Shown here one piece after another: positions 29,649-39,233 of a stretch of DNA of 64,000 bases. Positions within the stretch are counted from its first letter, which is position 1, and the number at the start of each line of letters is the position of its first letter. The notes below the pieces were generated by a model. That model made no database searches. It worked only from the letters and a program-made list of their open reading frames with translations, and was not told the DNA's origin. Location: the NCBI GenBank assembly GCA_049654745.1, contig JBASIK010000187.1:993-64992 (forward strand), in the 5' to 3' direction. The translations under genes and the position numbers were made by a program. This DNA is from Bacteroidales bacterium. GTDB lineage: Bacteria; Bacteroidota; Bacteroidia; Bacteroidales; VadinHA17.

Positions 29649-32114
29649 ATGATTTATCCTAAAGATTTTGAAATAAAGACAGGATTTGACAGAATCAGGA
29701 AGATGATTTCTGAAAAATGCCTGAGCAGGATCGGAATTGAGCTTGTTGACTCTATGTCATTCATGGCAGATTACAATGCTATCCGGAAAGAACTGTCGAA
29801 AACTCTTGAATTTCAGCAGATACTATCATTTGACGATCCTTTCCCTGCCGAAAATTATATCGACATATCAGGAATTCTTAAAAAGCTTATGGTTGAAGGT
29901 ACCTATCCTGAAATTCATGAGATGTTCGACATGAAAAGATTTCTCGAATGCCTTAAATCTGTTCTCAGTTATTTTAAGAGCAGGGAAGAAGTGCGGTATC
30001 CTGAACTTAAATCTCTTGCAGCGGGGGTAAAATATTATCAATATGTAGCGGATGCAATTGACCGGATTGTTGACCGTCATGGAAACATAAGGGATACTGC
30101 CTCTCCGGAGCTTAAAAGAATCAGATCAGAGTTATCAGCAAAGAATGCAAATGTTTCAAGGAAGCTTGCTGCCATACTCAAACAGGCTCAGGCAGAAGGC
30201 ATTGTTGATGCTGATGCTAATGTCTCCGTCAGAAACGGAAGGGGAGTGATTCCTGTAAATGTTGCGGGGAAAAGACGAATACCGGGTCTCATCCACGACC
30301 AGTCAGCCACTGGTAAAACTGTTTTCATCGAGCCTGCAGAGATAGTGGAGATAAACAATGAAATTGTAGAGCTCGAGCATGAGGAAAGAAGGGAAATAAT
30401 AAGGATACTCACAAAATTCGCAAACGATATCAGAAGTTACATTGATGACCTGATGGAGTCGAATCAGTTTCTTGGCGAGGTGGATTTTATCAGGGCAAAA
30501 GCGTTACTTGGAATTCAGCTTGGCTCAATAATGCCATCTCTTTTCCCGGGTCCTCGCCTGATATGGAAAGGTGCTGTTCATCCGCTCCTTTACGAAGCGT
30601 TCAGGAAAATGCCCGGCCGCCAGGTGGTTCCGCTTGATATCAGCCTCGACGAAAAATATCGCTTTCTGCTTGTTTCAGGCCCTAATGCAGGTGGAAAGTC
30701 GGTGTGTCTTAAAACAGCAGGATTATTGCAATATATGCTTCAGTGTGGTTTAACAATCCCCGTCCAAGAAGGCACTGAGGCCGGAATTTTCAAAGATATA
30801 TTTATTGATATTGGAGATGAGCAAAGTATTGAAAATGACCTCAGTACATATAGCTCGCACCTTATTAACATGAAATTTTTCCTTAGAAATGCCGGAAAGG
30901 ATACTTTGATTCTCATTGATGAGCTTGGTTCGGGAACAGAACCTGTGCTGGGAGGTGCGATTGCTGAAGCAATTCTGGCAGAGCTTATAAAGACCGGAGC
31001 ATATGGTATCGTAACAACCCATTATTCGAATCTGAAGCATTTTGCATCGGTCACAGAAGGTATTGTAAATGGTGCGATGCTGTTTGATAATCATCTGATG
31101 CAACCACTTTACAGGCTGGATATCGGGAGACCTGGCAGTTCATTTGCCTTTGAGATTGCAAAAAAAATTGGGCTTCCGGAGAATGTAATAAATGAGGCAA
31201 CTGCAAAAGCAGGAGCAGATCATGTTAGTTACGACCGTCATCTGAAAGATATTGCCCGCGATAAACGGTACTGGGAAAGAAAGCGTGAGAACATCCGCCA
31301 GCATGAAAAAAGACTTGAAAAACTGATCGAAGAGTACGAAAAGGAACTTGCCGGTGTAAAAAGCTTCAGAAAGGAAATCATAACAAAAGCAAAGGAAGAG
31401 GCCCAGAGATTGCTCGATGAATCGAACAGGATGATTGAGAACACAATACGCCAGATAAAAGAAGCTCAGGCAGAAAAGGAAAAGACAAGAAAGGCAAGGG
31501 AGGAACTCGAAAAGTTCAGGAAAGAGGTTGCTTCAGAGGTTGCTTCTGCCAGCGACACCCAATTGTCAATAATTGATGAAAAAGTGAAGCAGATTAAAAA
31601 AAAGGTAAAAAAGACTGAAAAACCAGTAGAAAAGCCTGAGGAGCAAGGTTTAAGGGTTGGTGATGCTGTAAGAATGGCAGATACTTTGGCTGCAGGAGAA
31701 ATTGTGGAGATAAGAGATGACATGGCAACAGTTGAGACAGGCTCATTCAGGTTTCAGGTTTCTGTAGATAAACTCGAAAGGATTAGCAGGGCAGAACTTA
31801 AAAAAAGTCTGCGGCAGGGACAGGTTGTTATGCAGGCCGACCCTGTGATATCCCAGCGCAAAATGAGCTTCAAACCAGAAATTGATATCAGGGGTGTGAG
31901 AGGAGAAGAAGCAATAAACATAGTGCGTAATTTCATTGATGATGCGATAATGGTTCAGCACAGGCATCTCAGGATTATTCACGGTAAAGGCAACGGAATA
32001 CTTCGCCAGCTCATTCGACAGTATCTTTCAACAGTTGATGTGGTAAAATCATTCTCCGATGAACATGTAGAAAGGGGAGGTGCAGGAATCACCCTTGTTG
32101 AACTGGATTTGTAA
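29649..32114 (+). CDS. mutS2: Endonuclease MutS2 (Smr domain)
   Basis: Track ORF 29625 trimmed to the ATG (MIYPKDFEIKTGF). Walker A SGPNAGGKSV, a coiled-coil and a C-terminal Smr domain (IDIRGVRGEEA..RIIHGKGNGILR). Confidence 0.9.
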   Translation: MIYPKDFEIKTGFDRIRKMISEKCLSRIGIELVDSMSFMADYNAIRKELSKTLEFQQILSFDDPFPAENYIDISGILKKLMVEGTYPEIHEMFDMKRFLECLKSVLSYFKSREEVRYPELKSLAAGVKYYQYVADAIDRIVDRHGNIRDTASPELKRIRSELSAKNANVSRKLAAILKQAQAEGIVDADANVSVRNGRGVIPVNVAGKRRIPGLIHDQSATGKTVFIEPAEIVEINNEIVELEHEERREIIRILTKFANDIRSYIDDLMESNQFLGEVDFIRAKALLGIQLGSIMPSLFPGPRLIWKGAVHPLLYEAFRKMPGRQVVPLDISLDEKYRFLLVSGPNAGGKSVCLKTAGLLQYMLQCGLTIPVQEGTEAGIFKDIFIDIGDEQSIENDLSTYSSHLINMKFFLRNAGKDTLILIDELGSGTEPVLGGAIAEAILAELIKTGAYGIVTTHYSNLKHFASVTEGIVNGAMLFDNHLMQPLYRLDIGRPGSSFAFEIAKKIGLPENVINEATAKAGADHVSYDRHLKDIARDKRYWERKRENIRQHEKRLEKLIEEYEKELAGVKSFRKEIITKAKEEAQRLLDESNRMIENTIRQIKEAQAEKEKTRKAREELEKFRKEVASEVASASDTQLSIIDEKVKQIKKKVKKTEKPVEKPEEQGLRVGDAVRMADTLAAGEIVEIRDDMATVETGSFRFQVSVDKLERISRAELKKSLRQGQVVMQADPVISQRKMSFKPEIDIRGVRGEEAINIVRNFIDDAIMVQHRHLRIIHGKGNGILRQLIRQYLSTVDVVKSFSDEHVERGGAGITLVELDL

Positions 32115-32116
32115 TA

Positions 32117-33595
32117 CTATTTCCTGTTCTTTCTTGTCCTGTCAATTATTATTCCGATTATGAAACCCGTTATGAATATGGCGGTTGTCCCCAGAACGAT
32201 TGAGAGATAACCGTGTAATGGGCATGCAAATTTCTGGAGAGAGCCTTTAAAAAGTACAGGTGACAGGCTAATCCATGCTATTACAATAATCCCGGTAATG
32301 ACACCTGCCACTGCGGCTGCATTGTTTACTTTTTTTGTGAAAAACCCCAGCAGGAACAGGCCGAGCATGCCGCCGCTGAAGACTGAAGCAAGTTTCCACC
32401 ATGCATCGAGAGCGCTCTGAACATTTATCATAGCTATCCCTACGAAAATGCCAGACAAACTGAAAAGCACTGAGGAGACATACAGGGTCTTCATCGATTT
32501 CTTTTCGTGTTCTTTTACATCGGGAGAGAGTCTGAAGTAGTCGGTTACTATAACTGTTGCAGAGCTGTTGATGCTTGTTGATACAGTACTCATGCCAGCT
32601 GCAAAAATCGATGAAATAAGCAATCCGGTTACCCCCACAGGGAGATGGTGAAAAATAAAATAGGGGAATACCCTGTCGCCTGCAACACCCGGCTCCAGTA
32701 GCTCAGGCTTTGCTGTATAAAAGCTGAAAAGGGCAGTCCCGATAAAGACGAACAACAATGACACAGGTATATAAATCAGTGAACCGAACAGGGCTGATTT
32801 TCTTGCTTCACTATCGGTCCTTGCTGTAAGATATCTCTGGATATAATTCTGATCTATACCATAATTCTGAAGGTTGATGAATATACCATAAATAAATACA
32901 ACCCAGAAGGTTGAAGTAGTAAAATCGGGTTTAAAACTACCCAGACTGAATTTATCATGCAGTGATGCGATTTGAAACAACTGACCCGGACCTTCAGGCA
33001 TTGAAAACAACAATAGTACTGAACATACAACTGCGCCTGCAATAAGTATGAGACCCTGTATTGCATCTGTCCAGAGCACTGCCTGTATGCCTCCCAACAC
33101 TGAGTAGATCATTATGCTTATTCCGGTTATTATGATAATGGTCGCAGTATCCCATCCAATGGCAGTGTTGAGCATCATGGCCAGCAGGTAAAGAATTGTA
33201 CCCGTACGCATTAGTTGAGTCAGTAAATACATCACTGAAGCATATATGCGTGCCCATTTCCCAAAACGCATCTCGAGGTATGTATAAGCCGATGGGCTGT
33301 TTACCGACCGGTATAACGGAACGAAGAACTTCACTGCCATATATGCTGCAAAAGGCAGTGAAAGGCTGAATACAAATGGATTCCAATTGGTCTGATATGC
33401 CTGTCCTGGTAATGCGAGATAGCTTATACTGCTTACAAATGTTGCAAAAATAGACATGCCCACAATCCATGTGGGCATATTCCTGTTTCCAAGTGTGAAC
33501 GCAGTAGCATTCTTGTTCTTACGGTAAAAAGAACTGCCAAAAACAATTATTCCCGCAAGATAGATGAAAAATATTGCAATATCCGCAATTCTCAT
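32117..33595 (-). CDS. Sodium:solute symporter (SSS family)
   Basis: 492 aa with about 13 TM helices and an SSS-like N-terminal pattern. Confidence 0.8.
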   Translation of the reverse strand: MRIADIAIFFIYLAGIIVFGSSFYRKNKNATAFTLGNRNMPTWIVGMSIFATFVSSISYLALPGQAYQTNWNPFVFSLSLPFAAYMAVKFFVPLYRSVNSPSAYTYLEMRFGKWARIYASVMYLLTQLMRTGTILYLLAMMLNTAIGWDTATIIIITGISIMIYSVLGGIQAVLWTDAIQGLILIAGAVVCSVLLLFSMPEGPGQLFQIASLHDKFSLGSFKPDFTTSTFWVVFIYGIFINLQNYGIDQNYIQRYLTARTDSEARKSALFGSLIYIPVSLLFVFIGTALFSFYTAKPELLEPGVAGDRVFPYFIFHHLPVGVTGLLISSIFAAGMSTVSTSINSSATVIVTDYFRLSPDVKEHEKKSMKTLYVSSVLFSLSGIFVGIAMINVQSALDAWWKLASVFSGGMLGLFLLGFFTKKVNNAAAVAGVITGIIVIAWISLSPVLFKGSLQKFACPLHGYLSIVLGTTAIFITGFIIGIIIDRTRKNRK

Positions 33596-33599
33596 TCTC

Positions 33600-33878
33600 C
33601 TATCCGAACCTGTAATGCTTCTTTACGGCTTTGTGAATTTTCCACCTGCATTTTAACCCCTCGGGAAAAACTACAAGATCTCCTTTCCCGAATCTTACAG
33701 GTTCTCCAATTTCAGGTGTAACAGTAACATCGCCTTCAAGAATATAACAGGTCTCCTTTTCATCATATTCCCATGGGAATTCCGATTCTTCCTTTGTCCA
33801 TACCGGCCAGGAATGCACTCCCAGTTGCTTCAGTTTTTCTTCAGAAGGTTTTTCAATGTGAATCATATCAGTTATCAT
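33600..33878 (-). CDS. Small cupin-fold protein (cupin_3/DUF861-like)
   Basis: 92 aa containing CYILEGDVTVTPEIGEPVRFGKGDLVVFPEGLKCRWKI. Sits 4 nt upstream of the symporter. Confidence 0.65.
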   Translation of the reverse strand: MITDMIHIEKPSEEKLKQLGVHSWPVWTKEESEFPWEYDEKETCYILEGDVTVTPEIGEPVRFGKGDLVVFPEGLKCRWKIHKAVKKHYRFG

Positions 33879-33929
33879 TTTAACTGTGTCAAAAGTATCA
33901 AAATCGTAGAAATTTTAAATAAATAAAGG

Positions 33930-33946
33930 GAAGAATCAGATTCTTC
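33930..33946 (-). terminator. Rho-independent terminator of the ECF sigma operon
   Basis: GAAGAAT-cag-ATTCTTC. On the minus strand it is followed by cctTTaTTTaTTT. About 70 nt downstream of the stop at 34016. Confidence 0.55.
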
Positions 33947-34015
33947 GGATGTTAAAATATATAATGGAAAAACACTATCTCGTTTATTGAGTTCTTCTAT
34001 TAATTTTATTCATAA

Positions 34016-35095
34016 CTAGAAGAGCCTTACTGTCCCATATGAAGAATTTACTTTAACTTCTGCCTGGGGCAATGGATTCTTCCCAATTACTCCTTCTATT
34101 TCCGATGATGTGTTACCTATAATCCTTTTTTTGACATTGAAATTATCTTCATCCACTTTGATTGAACCGTAAGAGGCTTTCCCTTCAAGCCTGTAGCTTG
34201 CTGATTGGTCAATGCCTATTCTTACACCTGTATATCTGGTATCAATATTTATTGACTCAAAATCATCTGGCACATAACTTATATTTACTGAGCCGTAGCT
34301 TGCTTCGAGGTTGAGCTTTTTGGCAAGTCTCTCTATGTTTATTGCTGAATATCTCGACTCAATCACCATGTTGTTTATTTTATCAATTCTGTAATTGTCA
34401 TATCCCGATACGGCTACCAGTGAACTAATTTCACCAACATTTAATTTTGAATATTTGCTATCAACAACAATTGCCTTTGCCATAGACATGTCGAATGCTG
34501 TAGTATATCTGAGGTAAAGGTCGAGCCATCCGGCTTCCTTTATCAAACCTTTACCATAAGAAATTGATATTTTGTTTATCGGCTTTTCATCCTCTCTTGT
34601 AAGTTTTGTAACGGTAAGATTCCCGTATTTGACATCCAGGTTTACGAGGCCTCTTATTTCGTCAATATCAGTATTGCCATACCTGTTGGCAAGGTCAAGC
34701 CCGCAATAATAGGGCATTTTTACCGTATAGTCTATGCTGAATTTTCTTGAAGGGGTACCCCATCCCGAGAAACTGAATTTGTCGTCAATAACTGTTCTGG
34801 CAGATATTCGGTTCTCACTTTCAGTAAACTCTACATTAATAAGATTAATGAGTTTTTCTGCCCTGCTTTTGTCGGGCATCTCTATGGTTATTTTTACATA
34901 AATGTCCACTTTATCATTATCCCAGCTTGTAACAACGACATTTCCATATCTGTTACTGATTTCAACAGTTGTATTTTTGTTTGCTGTGTATTCCTTTCTG
35001 AATTCCTTTGCAACTTCCTGCGATATGGCAGGTAGTACACAAAGGCTTATTGCTGTAATAACCAGCAACCATCTTTTAAATATTAGTGCTTTCAT
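34016..35095 (-). CDS. DUF4097-like beta-repeat (putative adhesin-fold) protein
   Basis: Track ORF trimmed to MKALIFKRWLLV (signal peptide). Repeated YGN/SYGS..V beta-strand motifs are present. Third gene after the sigma/anti-sigma pair. Confidence 0.6.
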   Translation of the reverse strand: MKALIFKRWLLVITAISLCVLPAISQEVAKEFRKEYTANKNTTVEISNRYGNVVVTSWDNDKVDIYVKITIEMPDKSRAEKLINLINVEFTESENRISARTVIDDKFSFSGWGTPSRKFSIDYTVKMPYYCGLDLANRYGNTDIDEIRGLVNLDVKYGNLTVTKLTREDEKPINKISISYGKGLIKEAGWLDLYLRYTTAFDMSMAKAIVVDSKYSKLNVGEISSLVAVSGYDNYRIDKINNMVIESRYSAINIERLAKKLNLEASYGSVNISYVPDDFESINIDTRYTGVRIGIDQSASYRLEGKASYGSIKVDEDNFNVKKRIIGNTSSEIEGVIGKNPLPQAEVKVNSSYGTVRLF

Positions 35096-35645
35096 TTGTT
35101 TGTGGTTTTTGGTTTTGATTTCTAATTGATTTAAGCTGGTTGATAATATAAGATAACACTTCCACCTTTGCCTGGTAATGTTCAATCATGGCGTTTATAA
35201 TTCTCTCATCGTTAGGGTTAGCTTTAAGATCTTTCTGGAGCTGGACATAAACCGAATCCATGCTTTTTATTTCCTGTTCAAGCATCTTCTTTTGCTCTGG
35301 ATTGTCGCTAAGATAATATGCGCCGAGTTCATCTTCCATTGATTTAACCTGACGAACGTAGTAGTTTTCGACTTCCCTGTACTCGGGCGAAACATCGCCA
35401 AGAGCCATCCTGTCTTTACCGGTACGGATAAAGTTATCCCATACCCACAGTGACGACAATGTGATAAGTACAGTAACCACAGCAGCTTTGAGCAGATACG
35501 GAACAATACTTCTTCCTCGTACCTTTGAATGAAGTCTTCTTTCGAGCTTCCATTCAAACCTTTCATAATGCCCTTCAACAGGTTCTCTGTCGTCAAACAG
35601 ATTTCTGTTTTCTCTGATTATGTCTTCTATATTTTTCATTGCCAT
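35076..35645 (-). CDS. Putative anti-sigma factor (single-pass membrane protein)
   Basis: 189 aa with a short cytoplasmic N-terminus and one TM helix (IVPYLLKAAVVTVLITLSSLWVW). Sits 6 nt downstream of the ECF sigma gene. Confidence 0.5.
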   Translation of the reverse strand: MAMKNIEDIIRENRNLFDDREPVEGHYERFEWKLERRLHSKVRGRSIVPYLLKAAVVTVLITLSSLWVWDNFIRTGKDRMALGDVSPEYREVENYYVRQVKSMEDELGAYYLSDNPEQKKMLEQEIKSMDSVYVQLQKDLKANPNDERIINAMIEHYQAKVEVLSYIINQLKSIRNQNQKPQTNESTNI

Positions 35646-35651
35646 AATTTT

Positions 35652-36218
35652 TTACCGGTTTTTCTTCAACTCATTCAGGAGTTTCTGCTTTGCTCTTGAA
35701 AGCTGCGACCTTGATGTACTGCTTGAAATCGAAAGGATTTCAGCTATTTCATCATGGTCGTACCCTTCAATCAGATAAAGCGAAAGAATGATTCTGTAAC
35801 CATCAGGAAGTCTTTCTATCGCTTTCTTTACCTCTTCCACCTTCGAATCTATGTCATCCACATACATTGTCTCGTCACCATTTGTATCAATAATTCCCTG
35901 GTGGGTCTCAATATCTTCAAAGAACATCTTCCTTCTGTTCAGGGCGTCAAGCGACCTGTTGATAACTATTCTTTTCAGCCATGCCCCAAAACTTACGGTT
36001 CCTGAGTATGTGTCAATCTTTTCAAATGCCGAGAGGAAAGATTCCTGCATTATATCCTCAGCTTCCATCGTGTCGTTGACGATCCTCAGGCTCGTGTTGT
36101 ACATCGCTTTGTAATAAAGCTTGTAGATCTGAAACTGAGCCTTTTGATCCCCGTTTTTACACCCTTCGATAAGATCTTGGTGGATGTTCCTGTATGTTGC
36201 GTCTACATTATTCTCCAT
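35652..36218 (-). CDS. ECF (sigma-70 family) RNA polymerase sigma factor
   Basis: Track ORF 35652..36260 (GTG start). The internal ATG giving MENNVDATY is the likelier start. Region 2 (DIMQESFLSAF) and region 4 (LPDGYRIILSLYLIEGYDHDEIAEIL). Confidence 0.85.
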   Translation of the reverse strand: MENNVDATYRNIHQDLIEGCKNGDQKAQFQIYKLYYKAMYNTSLRIVNDTMEAEDIMQESFLSAFEKIDTYSGTVSFGAWLKRIVINRSLDALNRRKMFFEDIETHQGIIDTNGDETMYVDDIDSKVEEVKKAIERLPDGYRIILSLYLIEGYDHDEIAEILSISSSTSRSQLSRAKQKLLNELKKNR

Positions 36219-36339
36219 TTTATTGTTGAATCTGGGGCTGATATGTAAAGCTGCATCCACTTCCTGCCTTTTTCTGACATAAAGACGGACAAAAAATATG
36301 TGTGATGCATTAGCATATCATTAAATTAATATAAAAAAT

Positions 36340-37215
36340 TTATGATACTGCCCTGAATAATTTTGCCACTTTCATAATCCAGTTCCGAACCAAGCATGCT
36401 GTGGGGAATTGAGTATACAAGAAGCAGAATAAACGACGCGAGGGCTGAATAAACAGGACGTTCCTTTTTCTGTTTGCAATAACTGCAATAATCCAGAAAA
36501 TAAAAGCAATCAGAGTTTTATTGTCAGTAAGATCCCATCCAAATGGAATACCTGTCCAATATTCACCGAAAGCGTAATGCTGAACAACAGGTCCAAGTAT
36601 CATTCCGCCAGCAGTCAGCAGGACAAGCGTCCATAATGAATATTTTTTATATGACGGGTGTTTAACCACACTCATAATTCCTGCTGCTGTGGAGAAAAGC
36701 ATCGCTATAAACATCAGCAGTATATGAGGTATCAGGATCCACCCGGGAACGGAACCTTTGAACCTCATCACCACAGGGTTGGCTTTATATAGTGTAAGCT
36801 TTCCGTTGCTGTCTGTTATTTCAATGTAATATTGCAGCTTTCCAGCTGGAGGTTGCTGGGGCAGGGAAGCAAAAAAGCCTTTGATCTCGCTGATACCGAA
36901 GATTTTGTTCATTACAAACGAATGAACTGGTATTACCATGTACCTGAAGTTTGATTCAGTGTAAGGCTCCGTGGTTCTGAATCTTTTATAAAAGAGTTTT
37001 GCCGATACAGTTGAGTCGTATATTGCCAGCCTGACTACGGGTCTTTCATCAAGACCCAGACTTCTGACAAGTTTTAATTTATAAAGTTTGCCATTTGCTG
37101 TGATCTCAGCTCTGGCAGGATAGGTGGGACCAGTAAGACGTTGATAAATTGCTGCCGAAAGTGTAATTATTATTGCTATCAGCCAGACAAGAATATTTTT
37201 AATGCGTCTTTTCAT
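36340..37215 (-). CDS. Hypothetical membrane protein; the C-terminus is probably frameshifted (see findings)
   Basis: 291 aa with an N-terminal TM helix, an about 150-aa extracytoplasmic domain and then several TM helices. After ..IAVIANRK the sequence turns R/C-rich, while the alternative frame encodes a clean TM helix. Confidence 0.5.
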   Translation of the reverse strand: MKRRIKNILVWLIAIIITLSAAIYQRLTGPTYPARAEITANGKLYKLKLVRSLGLDERPVVRLAIYDSTVSAKLFYKRFRTTEPYTESNFRYMVIPVHSFVMNKIFGISEIKGFFASLPQQPPAGKLQYYIEITDSNGKLTLYKANPVVMRFKGSVPGWILIPHILLMFIAMLFSTAAGIMSVVKHPSYKKYSLWTLVLLTAGGMILGPVVQHYAFGEYWTGIPFGWDLTDNKTLIAFIFWIIAVIANRKRNVLFIQPSRRLFCFLYTQFPTACLVRNWIMKVAKLFRAVS

Positions 37216-37219
37216 TGTA

Positions 37220-39001
37220 TTAAAGCTGTATCAAAAGTTCAATTTTTTTACCGTCTCTTAGTACTTCAACAGTTATTGCATCGCCACGTTTCAGCTGACT
37301 CAGGCGGAACATGTAATCTTCAATGTTATTGACAGGTTTACCGTTAATGGCGGTAATTATGTCTCCTTTTTTCATACCCCCAAGGTCGGCAGGTTTGCCA
37401 GGTGTAACCAGGTCGGCTCTGAGTCCGTTTTTCACACTCCCTGTTATATCAGGCATTATTCCAAGCGTTACACCTCTTCGTCCCGGCATCCGGGAAATAT
37501 TATTTGCCGGACCGGCCTCACGGAAAGCAAGTCTGGGAGTATCGCAAGCCAGTAAAGAGTCTATTCTGAAAATATAATCCGATACGCTTATCATGCCTTC
37601 GTAGTTAATTTTATCCGGGGTGTCGCCGGGCGTATGATAATCGGTGTGTGCACCTGTTGTAAAGAAAAGAACCGGGATATTTTTTGCATAAAATGAAGAG
37701 TGGTCAGAGGGTCCTGAACCTTCGGGTGTGTAAACAGGTTTAATGAAGTTTGTGTCAACAAGCTGACGGATTTTATTTTCCAACTCCTCAGCGGTTCCTG
37801 TACCTCCAACCTGCATGCTACGGGTTTCCTTAAGCCTTCCAACCATGTCAAGATTAATCATTGCATTGATCTTTGAAAGTTCAACTGGTGGATGTTCGGT
37901 AAAATACTTTGAACCCAGCAGCCCCTTTTCTTCACCTGTGAATGCAACAAACATGATACTTCTTTTGTGGCTTCCTTTGGTACCTGCCAACTTGCCTGCC
38001 AGTTCAATAAGCATCGCCACACCCGAGGCATTGTCGTCTGCTCCGTAATGAACAGCTATAGTGTCGGGCATGCGACTTGAGGAATATTTACCCCCTGAAC
38101 CAAGATGGTCAAAATGAGCACCTGTAATTATATATTCTTCTTTTAAAGCAGGATCCTCACCTGGCAGAACCATCACAACATTCCGGGTGATTCCTTTGTG
38201 TTTTATTATTTCAACTCCTGCATTAATTTCTGTACCCGTTGCAAAACTTACTATCTTGCCCGATTCGCTGAGCTTTTTCTCGATTGATGATATGTTATGC
38301 CCTGAATTTTCAAGAATTATATCTGCAATGTTTCTTTTAACTCTTATTACCAGTATTCCTGCCGGTGAGTCTGTTACTGTAAGGGGCTCTATGACATCAT
38401 CCTTATCAAAGGCCTCTCCCGAAACCAGTATCACTCCGGCTGCTCCAAGGTCTTTAGCCATTAATACTTTACTTCTGTCACTGCTAAATGCTACCATTTC
38501 GTCTGAGGGATTTCCGGCATCAGGGATATCTCTCAATACCATAACCCATTTGCCTCTGACATCGAGGCCTATGTAATCGTTTCTTTTGATAGAACCGGTA
38601 TTTATGTTGAATCCATACCCCGCAAAAACAACTTCAGCTTTCAGAGAACCGTTTTCACTGAATGATGCAGGCATGAAATCTTCACCGGAAGTAAATTCTT
38701 TATCTTTTATTGTCAGAAAGTTGTTTTCTCCAGGTTCGGCTGATATTATTATTTCAAATCTTTGGAAACCATCAGGAACAAGCGGTTTCAGACCATAATC
38801 TTTCAGCCGGTCTCTGATATAATAAGCCGCCAGACTGTCACCGGCAGAACCGGTAAGTCTTCCTTCGAGAAGCTCAGAGGCAAGGTAATTAATATGTTCC
38901 TGAAGCTCTCCACGGGTAATTTCATAATTCACCCGCAAACGGGTGCAGAAGACAATTAATAAAGCGAGACTGACAATACCCGCAATGGTTTTTAATTTCA
39001 T
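37220..39001 (-). CDS. M28 family metallopeptidase with PA domain and C-terminal PDZ domain
   Basis: 593 aa with GAHFDHLG, GADDNASGVA and a C-terminal PDZ-like GLRADLVTPGKPADLGGMKKGDIITAINGKPV. Confidence 0.8.
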   Translation of the reverse strand: MKLKTIAGIVSLALLIVFCTRLRVNYEITRGELQEHINYLASELLEGRLTGSAGDSLAAYYIRDRLKDYGLKPLVPDGFQRFEIIISAEPGENNFLTIKDKEFTSGEDFMPASFSENGSLKAEVVFAGYGFNINTGSIKRNDYIGLDVRGKWVMVLRDIPDAGNPSDEMVAFSSDRSKVLMAKDLGAAGVILVSGEAFDKDDVIEPLTVTDSPAGILVIRVKRNIADIILENSGHNISSIEKKLSESGKIVSFATGTEINAGVEIIKHKGITRNVVMVLPGEDPALKEEYIITGAHFDHLGSGGKYSSSRMPDTIAVHYGADDNASGVAMLIELAGKLAGTKGSHKRSIMFVAFTGEEKGLLGSKYFTEHPPVELSKINAMINLDMVGRLKETRSMQVGGTGTAEELENKIRQLVDTNFIKPVYTPEGSGPSDHSSFYAKNIPVLFFTTGAHTDYHTPGDTPDKINYEGMISVSDYIFRIDSLLACDTPRLAFREAGPANNISRMPGRRGVTLGIMPDITGSVKNGLRADLVTPGKPADLGGMKKGDIITAINGKPVNNIEDYMFRLSQLKRGDAITVEVLRDGKKIELLIQL

Positions 39002-39126
39002 TCGTTTAAAAAGTGAAATTTATCTTCATTTAATTGAGTCAAAATTAATATCTTTTTCTGTTTGGCACTCTTTTAAAATTGTTAATAATAATCTGGTAAT
39101 TATTTAAAAACTCTAAAACCACTTCA

Positions 39127-39146
39127 CCTTCCCCTCTGGGGGAAGG
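39127..39146. repeat. GC-rich hairpin CCTTCCCC-tct-GGGGAAGG followed by cagggaagggggt
   Basis: Read directly. A GC island in an AT-rich spacer. It shares only short strings (ggcagggaa, agggggt) with the 48.65 kb module, so the relationship is uncertain. Confidence 0.4.
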
Positions 39147-39162
39147 CAGGGAAGGGGGTCTT

Positions 39163-39198
39163 ATAAAAAATAAGGAGTCCGGTTGCCCGGTACTCCTT
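39163..39198 (-). terminator. Rho-independent terminator of rocD
   Basis: AAGGAGT-CCGG-ttgc-CCGG-t-ACTCCTT hairpin. On the minus strand it is followed by aTTTTTTat. 36 nt after the stop at 39234. Confidence 0.7.
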
Positions 39199-39233
39199 AA
39201 TTTAAAGTTCAATATTATAAATCCTCATGCTTT

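Noticed and set aside
39127-39160. Assigning the 39.13 kb GC hairpin and the 60.12 kb aaggggttgtt string to the A/B/P repeat family.
   Set aside because: The shared strings are only 7-12 nt long, and many exact 12-mer coincidences are expected among all pairs in a 64-kb window. The relationship is left open.
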